DNA of 63,362 bases, counting the filler, from Octopus bimaculoides (lineage: Eukaryota): the NCBI RefSeq assembly GCF_001194135.2. It is 5 parts of 4 records of this genome, joined end to end, with 100 filler letters (N's around TTAATTAATTAA, not from the genome) between each part and the next. Parts side by side here need not be neighbours in the genome. Positions count along the whole stretch, not along the records: positions 1 to 22,411 come from NC_068981.1; positions 22,512 to 30,211 come from NC_068981.1; 3 more parts are not named here. One strand, given 5' to 3'. Under the pieces are notes generated by a model, which was not told the origin of the DNA, did no database searches, and saw only the letters and a list, made by a program, of their open reading frames with translations. A program made the translations under genes and the position numbers. Shown one piece after another: positions 12,451 to 25,600 of this stretch. Each line of letters opens with the position of its first letter. Position 1 is the first letter of the stretch.

Positions 12451-13966
12451 TCTGTATGACATTTCTACTTAGCTGCAATTTACAATGAATGATGCTATTT
12501 AAAATTATGTATGTTATATATTTATCACATTTTTTTTATATAACTAATTGGTAATAAGATTATTTAAAAATTGTCAAGTCTGATCAATTGAGATTCTGTT
12601 AATTGTATCATGTATACGCATGTTCATTTACTCCTTTGTTCGTTTCAATCATAGGACATTACTTGAAGCACCACCTTAGAAAGTTTAATCGACCATATCA
12701 GCCCCAAAGCGTATTTTTTTAAAGTATCTAGGACTAATTTTATCGTTTACTTTTTACCAAACTGTGAAAGTATGGGGACATAAATGATGTAACACATGTT
12801 GTTAAGCCCTTAGACTAAAACAAAAATGTAAACAGTTTCCGTCGACCAATATTACCTACAGGATTTTGCTAATAAATGTGTTCAACTCATTTTGTACAAG
12901 CTAAAATCTCTTGGCTACTGGAGATAAGGTTAATCAATAGTGGGGTAGAAACACATAATCATGATTGTTTTCGTCTACCCAGTCCTTTTCATTAATCAAT
13001 TATCAACTTTAGAGGATACATTCTTCTCGAGATTGATTCTGTTTGTCATATGCATCTGGTTTAAGTTCGACTAAAATGTGGTGCTCCAGGATGGCCGCAG
13101 TCAAATGACTGAAACAAGTAAAAGAATAAAAGAACATATATATTTGTTTTTCTTATGCGTGTATCTGTGAGGGACAATGAGATAAAGAGACAGTAAGTGA
13201 GACAGTTCATGTATAGGGACATATGAAATTAGAATATAAGTTTAGCATTTTTGCGAAATTAACATGTTGGAATTATTAATCGTGAGAGATAAAAACTGAA
13301 TAAATGATGACTAGATACACTGGTGGATCTGAAAGCTTGCGTGGTAAGATACCGTATTGTATGTAGACATGTACGTACAAGCATACATATATACATCCTA
13401 AAAACGTCATACTAATAAGCATACACACACACACACTCACATATATTCATGTAATCAGTTGCAACTTCCTTTCACTTTTGCCTTCTTCATTTTCAATCTC
13501 TTCGCTTTTTCCACTCACCCTCACCCACATCTGTCTCGCTTTTCCTATCTCTTGTGATGGTTATATACCTATATCTCCATAACCTAATACTAATATATTA
13601 ATAAATATATATACGTGTTTGTGTGTGTAAATATATGAATGTATGTATGTATCTGCTGTACGTGTGTGGCAATAACTTCACGCACACACAGAAAGTAAAA
13701 GTTTGATGCGCAAATTCATTCTAATCTACTTATCTTTTAACATGGAATATACGCGTGTGTTCTGGCAATTTTTATCTTTATCTAGTGTGGTCTCTACGCT
13801 TTTCGCAGGATCATCACTACTGATGGATATTTAGCTTTTATTATGAGTCTTCCTTCGTGTTATCACTACCATGACAAAGTACAAATGGATGTGGGAGCGA
13901 TTGAATTCACCAAGAAAATATATCCTAAGCGGATGGTATTTAGAAAAGTCAATAGTACATACATAA

Positions 13967-14047
<81 letters not shown>

Positions 14048-16515
14048 AATCCGTAACCGAACACTTTTAGAGAACTTCCCGAAAATGAAAGAACAAAATA
14101 TCATTCGCACTGATATTATATTTCTCCCAGATAAAGCTAAAATCGATGACATATACACGTACACAAACGAGTCAGAGATACACGCAACACATACAAGCCT
14201 GAGATTTCTAGAAATTATCCATGGGTCTAGGAGTGAAATTCCTCCGGAGCAAGCCAGACAATCTTTTTTAGTTAAAGCCGAAAGTTTCCTCGAGGCGGTC
14301 GCTGCTTTTACCCACCAAGAATCCACAACATAACGCTGCAATGGAACAATCATTTACCGCATTCCTTGACAGGCAAAGGTTTGTAAGCACCCGAGAGACG
14401 CTAACTGCTAGTCGCCCTGTTTTCGTGTACGCTTGATTCAGAAATGCAGTTCTGTCAGAAAGTTTAACTGTAGAAAAGTGCATTTAAGGAAGGGTGAAAA
14501 CCTGCAGACGTTGTTTTCACATCCTCCGTTTTGATCCGCTGGAGGATCGCCAGTGTAGACTCAGACCAAATTTTCTCCCATTTCGTTTTACGTTAAGGAT
14601 AGTGTCACTGCTCTCCAGAACAACACAACAAAGTTCCACCAAAAGTACACTACTGGTGGAAAGTGTTCACTCGTAATGCAATAGGTCCCTCTTACTAAAT
14701 ATGTTGTGAACAGGATGAGTTTACTTGTGGCTTATGAAACTACGGAGTGGCTCAGCACAAAAAGTTTGCTTTCGAAAGGACATCTTATTCTAGAGGCGTG
14801 TTCCAGGATTTCCGAAACGTGCTTGAGGGACCTTCATACATGGATGTGAATTGTTTCTAGGCGTAATGTTTTCAACGACATGCAGCGATACAGCTATGCT
14901 TTCCACGCAGATACAGCTAAAAGGTCGGCAAATATGATTGCATGTTGAGCTCTCCCATTTCGTTTCACAAGTTGTGTAAGCTGTATCAGGTGTGTTTCCT
15001 TGTTGTTTAAAGAAAACGAGAAGTAAAATTGTTCACTTCGATACCTTGTCAGCAAAGATTACCTGTTAGTGGGGTTCATCTCCGCTACTACGTGCCATGT
15101 CGTTGTTGTCACCGTCGTCATCGTCGTTTTTGTTGTAGGTGCCGTCTTTGTTAGCGTTTTTGTAGTTGTTCTCGTATTCATGTTTTCCCATCAATGATGA
15201 TGACGACGATGACTATGATGATGATTATAATAATAATAATTCTTTCTACGATGGGTGCAAGGTCATCAAATTAGGGCCGGGGGAGTTAAGACGATTATAT
15301 CGACCCCAGTGCTCTAGCCATTTGGAAACGATGAAATTAGATTTTTATCAAGTGCGAATCATAAAACGCTAAGCCGACCACGGCGAAACTTGACCTCAGA
15401 ATGTAAATATGGGCGAAATGCCTTAATCATTTGGTCTGGCTTGCTAACAATTCTGTCAGCTCAAAAATAGTGATTGCCATTAGCAACAGAGTAAGAGGCA
15501 GAAGCAATAACATTTATTTACTTGTGCTAACTCAATTATTTTCTTATATATGATATTACCGAATCCAAAATTTTTAAAGGAAATATTCAAAACGCCATTT
15601 ACTATATTTAGCTACAACCAGTTGTGACTCATAAAATTATTTATACGGGCAAAATATACCTTCAATACTCTTTGATCTCTCGATTCTTACAGAAATAGTA
15701 TAAGCAAAGTAAAGAAAACAAGTAATTGATATCAACGATATGTATGTTCTCTTCTCACGTCAAAGACGTGAAGTGTGTGTTTTTTTTCTTCTTTGTACTA
15801 GTAACTTTCTGACTCGGTTCACAAGTTTCGCTCACTATTTATGTACGCATGTGTGTGCGTGCTCGCACATGTGTACGTCTGTGCATGTGAATGTGTGTGT
15901 GTTTGTGTGTGTGTGTTTGTGTGCATGTGTATGTATATGTGCTATAAATGTCAAAGAACGGGTCGTATCAATGGATAGTTGAACAACATATACGAGTCTT
16001 TATCATAATCAAGTAGTTTGTAAATACCTCCGAGATAACACGATAAAAACTTAACACACGCTTGAATGATGTGACAAAATAAACATCAGAGATGAAATAC
16101 AAAACAGTACATTAATGAATAGGACTTCTGTAAAGAAGGCATACGGAGATGAATCACACTAACAGGCATACAGTCAATGTATATATGTATGTACGCATGT
16201 ATGTGTGTTTCTCTTTCTCTCTCTCTCTCCCTCTCTATGCATATATATATATATATATTATAGTTGATGGGAAGAGCAAGACGATTACACACACGCACAC
16301 ACACACACACACGCACACTCTCACACACGCACACTCTCACACACACACACATTTATAATTTGCCCACTAACTAGCAGTTAATGGAAGGATGTATGTGTGT
16401 GGGTGCCTATATATATGGTGTTTGCGTATGTATATTTATAGACCCGTCTATACGTGCATGAATATATGTAAATATATAAACAGACATATAGATAGACATA
16501 TAAATAGATGGAGAA

Positions 16516-16560
<45 letters not shown>

Positions 16561-16911
16561 GAGAGACAGAAGGACAGACGTATAGATAGATAGACAGATA
16601 GATACATACATACATGCATACATACATACAAGCATATATTCTCGTGGCACATTCCTACCAACTCAGTTGTTTCCCTCTTTGAAGCACACACACGCGCGTG
16701 CGCGCTGCTTATTACATAGTTCATACATACGTAAAAGTGCAGAAGTGATGTGCCTATATATTTGAAGCAACATTGCCTGTTAAATAAAGACAAGTGCTGC
16801 GTGGAAATTGTTAAGTTTAAATATAGAACAATTTCATGCTTTCTACCGCAAATAAGTACTAAGCAGTGTCAATGCCTGGCGGTACTGAAACGAATGTACG
16901 GAAGTATTTAC

Positions 16912-16961
<50 letters not shown>

Positions 16962-17084
16962 NNNNNNNNNNNNNNNNNNNNNNNNNNNNNNNNNNNNNNN
17001 NNNNNNNNNNNNTGTGTGTGCGTGTGTGTGTACGCGCGTGCGTGCGTGTGCGTGCATGGTGTTCAGTCAGTTTAAAAGCACTTT

Positions 17085-17480
17085 CATTCACAGCAACCAT
17101 TGAAACCAAAGACTTGTATGATGGAGCATTTTCCTCATGGAATAAGACACCTTCCGACGGTTTTTCTGGGCGTTCGGTCTTGATCGCCTTTCGTTACTGC
17201 CTCAGCAAGTTGGCATAGTACTCTCCCTTGATGGAGTACCCCTTTTAAAGATAATAAACGCAATGCTTTTTGCATCTTCCAAAACTGAAACCATCAGCTT
17301 CTCTGCAGATGAAACAACCTTGGCCTTCTTTGGAGCAGGTGAGGAGAGGTGCACCCGCTGCATGAACTATCTTTGTCTCTGGCGCAAAGTGATGAAGCCA
17401 ACACTCATCGTGGATTATGGAAGGTTCAAGAAAACCAGCTGGATCTTCTTGAAATAAATGCAAAGATCAAATATTCATTC
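17085..17480 (-). mobile_element. Mariner transposase fragment
   Basis: HDECWLHHFAPETK (cf. DETWVHHxxPETK), KKAKVVSSAEKLMVSV, GEYYANLLRQ, GVLFHEENAPSYKSL across frameshifts. Confidence 0.85.
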
Positions 17481-17886
17481 TAGTCTCTTGCGGCCAAAGA
17501 GGTCTTTTAATAGAAGAACACTCTTATTCAACTGATCAAGATCCGGTTAGTGCTGATTTTCAGCTTATCAATGTGTCGGAGAATGTTTCCACGATATGTA
17601 AAAAACATATGCAGATTAAATGAATAGATAGGTTTCTTATAACATTTCCAATACATACATAATACATACATACATACCCTGTTGTTGATGTTGAAATTCC
17701 ACTGAAAGTAACTTGGATCTAGGTTAGAAACCGGATCGTTGTCTTTTGGCGAGAAATCTTGAAATGAGCTGAATAATGACATACATACATATATATATGT
17801 ATAATATCTGTGTATATGCAATTTTGTGTCTGAATGTGAGTGAGCACGCGTGTATTATTGGTAAATTATCGACCTATATTTATATA

Positions 17887-17926
<40 letters not shown>

Positions 17927-18938
17927 AGTTCATCTAATCATCTGACTCCCTCACATTCTTTCCGTCTTTGGACTTTCCCCTCTCTCTCACGTGAATAGTT
18001 TTAACGAACCAATCGAAACACTTCATAATTTCAAGACGTGGCAGATGCCAATCTAACGCATGAGATGCAAATTTAACGCTGATGAAAATCTAACCCTGCT
18101 ATTTCTGTGCAATCAACAACTAGACTGAAGACAAAGTAACAAACATAGGATGGATATTAAAGTAACTGGTATTAATGTAATCTCTTTTAACTAGCCACAA
18201 CATTAGATTCAGAGGTACCACAGAGGTAAAATACCAGAATGTGATGGCATTTCGACTCCCAAATGAAATGATTTTATGTAATAATTAAACCTCGTGATAT
18301 TCTATACACACAGTCAAACATAACACTAACTACTCTTGCTCCAAACTCTGATATTATATTACACAGATTTATGCGAATCGTTGACATATGCCATAATATA
18401 GTTATCAATTTGAATTCAAACATTCCAATACTTTCAGCAAGATATATGAGTAAATATGTCTTCATATACTTTTCCTTGATTATCTACGAGCTCTTATTCT
18501 CGTAACAGACTCCGAAACCATGCATTTACTTCACTACCGGTGCTCCATTTCAGCTAATAAAATCCCTGATATAACAAACGTCAGATTTATAGAGGGCTCC
18601 AGTAATGTCTCCATCCTTTTTTGTCTCAAACTGGTATGTATGATGTCTAATATCATTTTCATTAACATCTTAACTAATTAATTAATTATGGAGTATCATC
18701 TTTCTCCGGTTTGGGAACACTGGTTTTTTTCTCCGAATGTCTCGAAAATTTAACGTACGTTCGCTATGACACACAATATTGTTTTGTTTATTTTTTCTGC
18801 GCTGATTTTAACCCCATGTTATTAGGAATTAAAAAAGAAACTCAGAAAGGTACAGAACAACTGGCAACAATAGAAATCAATAGATCGTCAAAACTATGGA
18901 GATTTTCGTGAACTCACAAACTTTACTGAAATGAATTA

Positions 18939-20221
18939 CAGTGTAGTATAAAAAAGATCCCAGACTATTTGTGTTTAATAAAAATAACTTATTTAGCTAA
19001 GTTATAACATCCTCCCCTTCGAAATAGTCCCCTTGCACAGCGATACACCAGTCCCAGCGTTCCTGCCGCTTTTGGAATTCGATCTGGAAGTCGTTTTCCG
19101 TAAGAAGACGTTCTGCGATTCGTTCTTGATTTCTTGATTTAAAACGGCAACCTTTGAACTACATTTTCAACTTGGGGAAGAGATGGTAGTCTGCAGGTGC
19201 TAAATCTGGCGAATGAGGCAGATGTGCAAGCGATACAATGTTGACTTTGGCAAGAAATACACGAGTGAGAAGAGCTCGGTGACAGTACGTTATCATCATG
19301 AAAAATCCAATTCTTCGCGCTCCACAAATCCGGTCTCTTTCTACGAATCTCCTTCCTCAAACGCTTCAAAATGCCACAGTAGAACTCCCGATTGGTGTCC
19401 TGGCCCTGGGAGACAAATTCTCCATGTACAATACCGCGGATGCCGAAAAGCGATGAGCATGATCCTGATCCTGATTGAGCAGCAGTTCTGTTGTGCCATT
19501 TTGCAGTCGTGGAGATGAAGGCCTCTTCATTTGTGACTACTGCTGCTTTGTCTCAAAAATCGTACTCGTAGACCCATTACCGGCGATGATCCTCGACATA
19601 AAGGATGGGTCATCAGCGGCACGCTGACAGAGGTCTTGAAAGAGCTCGACGCGATCCAATTTCTGTTCAGCGGTCAGCAGGCGGAAGACAAACTTGGCAG
19701 AGACATACCGCATATTCAATTCAGACGTTAGGATTGTTTGCATAGACCTATACGACAGACCAACAACATCAGTAATGCCGTTGGTTGTCCTCCGACGATC
19801 CTCATGCACAAGCTAATGAATTTTCTCCACATTTCCGGGGGTGACTCTCGGGGAAGATCTTTCAGATCGCTCGTAGTCTTCCTGGGATGTTCTTCTACTT
19901 GTGAAACACCTGTTACTCGAAACATTGCGTATGACCCATTGCCCCGTCACTGTAAGCTTATCGTCACTATAGCAGACTTCAGAAGTTTAACACAAAATTT
20001 CATCTTGGCTCTTTGCTTACACTTTATGTCCATGACAGAATCATAAACTACAGCATGCACGTGATCAGAAAAACATAAATTTCACAACTTGCGAAGTAAA
20101 CACAGGGATGTCACTCGTCACACTGCCTCATGAAGGTCTCTGTTAGCTCTCACTGCAACCATGTACTGCTATTTGCTGGCGCGTTACAGAACAAGTCTGA
20201 GAACTATTTGATACCTCTTGC
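18939..20221 (-). mobile_element. Full-length (~1.28 kb) degenerate mariner element
   Basis: Imperfect TIRs (gtataaaaaagatcccagact vs gtatcaaatagttctcagact), TA at 18937-38 and 20222-23; remnants QRAKMKFCVKL, VSAKFVFRLLT, WIFHDDN, HSPDLAPAD (YSPDLAP motif); stops and frameshifts. Confidence 0.88.
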
Positions 20222-20451
20222 TAAGCGTTCGGTCCTGTACGAATATTAACTGACTGCATTGTAGATCTTGATGTTAGCACAACATAGCTTCGAGCGCTGG
20301 TACATACGTTTCTCGTTGCTGTCAAATTAGGATCCAACAAAGGCAGAGGGTTTTAAGAGAGATGCGCCGAAATGTCCCACACCATCCAGAGCATCTATTG
20401 ATAAGCGTACAACCACCATTTCAGGAGTTTAAAAATTGCATAATCAGTATC

Positions 20452-20600
<149 letters not shown>

Positions 20601-21311
20601 GCACACACACACACAAACAAACAAACACAAGAGCACACATACAAACTCGCACGTTCACACGCGCAGATGCACACATACAACACGCACACGCAGAAACACA
20701 CACATAATCCTACATGTCTTATACAACTGATCACAGATGAATTAAATACATACATACACATGTATGTTAATGTCTGTGAGTGTGTGTATTGTGTGTTCAG
20801 GTACATGTAGATGGTATTTAGTATTAAAAGCACAATGTGGCTGTTGTTTTTCAACCTCGTATTTATGTCTTAACTTTGGACGAGGATGTGTGATTAAATA
20901 TTTCTGTATTTTAAATTCAATTCCATAAATTCTCTGGCAACGAATGTGATAAAACTGAAAACTAAAATAGAATATGCATACTATATGAATCAAATACACC
21001 ATGAGTATAGCAAAGATAATGATGTTAGCAAATTCTCATAAAATACAACAAACGTTTATTAGACTTTATCATGAACTCGTATTAATAGAGCATTATTGCA
21101 ATTCAAGTACAATTTCTAATTACATTCGATACCCTAAAGCCTATGTATAGTGACACATTGTCGTCTTTTTAATATAACATGTTTAACAGAAAATCTGTAG
21201 TCTTCTTCTGTTGGACACACAGAGGCACAAACACAAGTATGAACATTTATACAGTCAAACACAAACACACACACACACACGCACGCACACACACACACAC
21301 ATGTGTATATA

Positions 21312-21344
<33 letters not shown>

Positions 21345-22182
21345 NNNNNNNNNNNNNNNNNNNNNNNNNNNNNNNNNNNNNNNNNNNNNNNNNNNNNNNN
21401 NNNNNNNNNNNNNNNNNNNNNNNNNNNNNNNNNNNNNNNNNNNNNNNNNNNNNNNNNNNNNNNNNNNNNNNNNNNNNNNNNNNNNNNNNNNNNNNNNNNN
21501 NNNNNNNNNNNNNNNNNNNNNNNNNNNNNNNNNNNNNNNNNNNNNNNNNNNNNNNNNNNNNNNNNNNNNNNNNNNNNNNNNNNNNNNNNNNNNNNNNNNN
21601 NNNNNNNNNNNNNNNNNNNNNNNNNNNNNNNNNNNNNNNNNNNNNNNNNNNNNNNNNNNNNNNNNNNNNNNNNNNNNNNNNNNNNNNNNNNNNNNNNNNN
21701 NNNNNNNNNNNNNNNNNNNNNNNNNNNNNNNNNNNNNNNNNNNNNNNNNNNNNNNNNNNNNNNNNNNNNNNNNNNNNNNNNNNNNNTATATATATATATA
21801 TATAAATAAAGGTGCACACACACACACACACACATTTTTATAGATGCTATATGCCGAAACAGAAGGATATACATATAGTCACATACATAAACACACATAT
21901 GTTGAAGAAACAATACAAGTGTTTTCTTGAGGATAATTGCCATTCGTCTTTCTCCACTTGAACTATGATAAACTTTATATGTACATGCGGCTGAATTTAC
22001 TCTGAGCGTGTGCGTGCGGCTTGCAAACACTATACTTATAAATTGCCTACATATGCTAGAAAATAATATCAATCATGCACTCACAGATACATAGAAAACA
22101 TTCAAAGACACGTATGTGAAGTGAGCCAAAAAAAGTTTTGTTTTGTAATAATCTGCTGCACCTGTTTCATTATTTTGATTTA

Positions 22183-22218
<36 letters not shown>

Positions 22219-22366
22219 TGTATATGTCTATACACACATACACACACATATTTAAATATTTCATAAAACAGAATAAAAATGTGCATTTATGACACCCAAC
22301 TTAGAAACATACATGTAAATTCGCAGACAATCTGACTCACATATTACTATATACGTACACACATAC

Positions 22367-22411
<45 letters not shown>

Positions 22412-22455
22412 NNNNNNNNNNNNNNNNNNNNNNNNNNNNNNNNNNNNNNNNNNNN

Positions 22456-22467
22456 TTAATTAATTAA
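22456..22467. other. Assembly linker TTAATTAATTAA inside an N-gap (also 30256-30267, 52524-52535, 59828-59839)
   Basis: The same 12-mer sits in the middle of four equally formatted N runs. Confidence 0.95.
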
Positions 22468-23329
22468 NNNNNNNNNNNNNNNNNNNNNNNNNNNNNNNNN
22501 NNNNNNNNNNNGCACACATACACTCGAATAAGTAGTTTATCGGTCGCAACATACAAAGAATGCTTAAAACTCAATAGATTTTGTTTTAATTCAAAAGACG
22601 CATGCTTCCGGAGCGATATTCTTACATATATTTTTTCAGAGGTCCATTCCAATAGTTTCAAAATCAGCCTACACTGGTAAAATAAATGTGGAAAGAATGT
22701 TTTATATCTATTCAATGCATCTTTCATCTATTTATTAAGAAGATTATGTTTTCATGTAATAAATCCCTTATAAACAGATAAAATAATTCCATACATAATA
22801 TATACTGTTCTTAATGCATTACGTAAATTATGTGTGGAATGTAAGTAAAATAATTATCTCCGTAGTTATTTTATATATACCTCCCTGTCTGTATGTATAT
22901 CTGTACCTATATGTAGCCGTGGGGAGTCGTTTACATTTTCGGAAATTTTTTACTTCAAAACTGGAAAATCTAGCTATCAAGCGAAGGAAGACAACTCGCC
23001 CGGCCATGATTTTTTAGGATGAATATTTCTTGAAATATCACTGGCGTTCTTGTGTTTTAAAAATACATTCTTTGCAGAGAACAGTTATCATTTAGAGAAA
23101 CTGAAAAGATGTCTAGTTCACGCTAGATATGAAACCATATACATTCAAACACAACATGCATTCGTGCTTGACATTCTGCATTTCTTTAGTGTTGCTTTCC
23201 GGTCTAAACTCCATCCCTACGTCGCTACTGAATCTTAACTGTTTTCACAGTCCTTCCAACTTTCTGTACTTTTTTTTTGCACACGGTTTCACGTCATCCA
23301 TATGCAACAGGTAACGTATGGCTTCACTC

Positions 23330-23960
23330 TATTTTCTAGTTATATTTCGTTTTGTTAAGCTCTAGAGTCAGAGCAATGCCAAATGTGAGGGGAAAACGAA
23401 TCATGCTGAAAAATACTTCCGTTAATACTAATGATACTGCAATTGAAATAAAATTAAATAATTTGGTGAAATTATTTGATAATGTTATATTTGTATTCTT
23501 TACCGATATATTATATTTCAGGAATTTTGATATAATTAGTGAATTTTTCAAACTTTTCAGTCCCGAGTGGGTAACACATTCAAACGCTTTTTGTTTAAAT
23601 AATTAATTCAATCACTCAAAATCTGTGGTTATTACGGCAGTTTCTGTCCACAAATTTGTAGGTTGTCTCAGTCAAAATTGAGGTGACAATTTTTTTATGG
23701 TGGAGAGAATCAGGTGATGGAATGATAATCTCTTTGAATATTGGTGTCAGTTGATTTTGGAAAGAGATAGGTTATAATTTGAGCAAGCCAATCAAGTGTT
23801 TTCTCAGGATTGTGCATAATATCGTTATTACATTTTAGCAGTATATCATGGGTAGATATTAAAGAAAACCACCAAGAATTTTGGAACTTTGTCAATGCCA
23901 GAAGATTTCCATTTACTGGTTTTCGTTAGTGCTAACTTATAGTTATGTCTTGTCAAATCT
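23330..23960 (-). mobile_element. R4/Dong-like LINE RT fragment
   Basis: STHDILLKCNNDIMHNPEKTLDWL..ITYLFPKSTDT, then KAFECVTHSGLKSL (cf. KAFDSVPHSW), in decayed frames. Confidence 0.65.
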
Positions 23961-24020
23961 GCCTTTCTAAATTACTGAAAATTTTTCCTGTGTTCCTTCT
24001 CCATTTTTCAATTTCATGAG

Positions 24021-24098
<78 letters not shown>
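24021..24098. repeat. (TTA)n microsatellite
   Basis: About 26 perfect units. Confidence 0.97.
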
Positions 24099-24099
<1 letters not shown>

Positions 24100-25600
24100 G
24101 ACCTGGAAACAATTTCTAATATCGGGCTACAGCTAGTAAAATTAGATGCAAAGAATTTTCCTATGTATCCAAGGCATGCCAAATAGTACTGTTTTCTTGA
24201 GCTGCACTAAACTAGGGTTTATACCTGTTTCCTCTATCTATCTGTTCAAATCTAGGAATACTTCCTAATGCATTTATAACTACAGCAATACATTTACCCA
24301 CACTTTCCTTAGCCTCTGTAACCTAATGGCTAGGACCTGGTACTTCGCCATTTTCTCTTTACCTCTCATATTGACTTTGTTATCATATGGCACTGTAAAG
24401 TAAATTACCTAACACTTTCTATTCTCTTTCGCTACTACTACTAAATTACGCCTTGTAGATTCTATTACTCTATCGGTCTGTATAGTAATATCCCACATCT
24501 TATACTTCTTACTGTCTAGCACTTAACTAGGTTCATGTACATACAACGTATCGGTATGGCCAAATACTAGGTTTCTACATAAATCCCATTGCGTTATTCT
24601 CCCTAGTCTGATATATCTTTTCTTGTATTCCTACTGTACCAGCATACTACCCACAATAACTATATAAGTAGTACTTTCTTCTTTTGATTTAATAACATAC
24701 AATCAGAATCTACCCAATTTTTGTCTGTCTTAGCATTTATCCACTTAGTCACCATGTCTGATATTCTCTTGCTACTAACAAACTCTCTGTCTCTCTTTTC
24801 AGCCCTCCTTTCTGCAACCACAACCATGTTTCACTACTACTACTTACTGCAACTATCTTTAGAAATCTACTATGCAAAGTCTTCACATGCCAGTCAGATA
24901 CTTCTGCTTCTTTCTTTGGGTTTTTAACTCCATTTGTTTTTTTTCTTTTTTTGGTTTCTCAATCTCGTACTGTTACTATAGCAACCCATAATAAAATGTT
25001 CTCATTATTAACTACATTAGACGTCCTAAATCAGATTTTGTCATAGCTACCAAATCTGCTGAATATCTAAGTAACGATATTGCTGAAGTATTTACAACCG
25101 TCACTAGATTGAGAAAAGTTAGCTTTGACTTCATGAGCTACCTCACCCTTCTGATGTACCCCATTGCAACCTTCTCTTTATTTCTATTGTTAGTACTTTG
25201 TTAGAATCTAATACTAACTAGATGCGTATAACTTGCTCCTCTCGATGATTTTAATGTTTGCCCATATGATAAGTGAATGCCTTCACCTATCCGTTTTCAT
25301 GACTAATATTTCGCATTCATGTATCCGAAATTCCATATCTATATCTTTACTGAAGCGTCTTAATGTCTGTATTAAATAATCTCTTTTTCATTCTTACTAA
25401 TGAGGTTCACATCATCAATGTAGAGCAGATGGTTAACTCTTCTTTTTCCTTTACTGTCTCCAAACTGATACTCTGTCTTTGCCATTAATATTAAACCAAC
25501 CGAGATTTAAACATAACACAAATGTTAAGAGGAACAATGAGTCACTCTGGAAAATTCTCCTCTGATATTAACTTTTCAAATAGCATTGCGTGACTACCCT
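24100..25600 (-). mobile_element. R4/Dong-like LINE, RT plus RLE, degenerate, 3' end at the (TAA)n array
   Basis: IFQSDSL (QGDSLSP), RVNHLLYIDDVNL (YxDD), WDITIQTDRVIES, VPYDNKV, KMAKYQVLAI, VVINALGSIP. Confidence 0.8.

Noticed and set aside
13308-13316. TGACTAGAT, matching the miR-279 5' end
   Set aside because: The rest of the mature sequence diverges and there is no precursor hairpin.
23336-23600. Hydrophobic ORF resembling a receptor or LRR segment
   Set aside because: Better explained as decayed Dong-like RT (KAFDSVPHSW and QGDSLSP regions).
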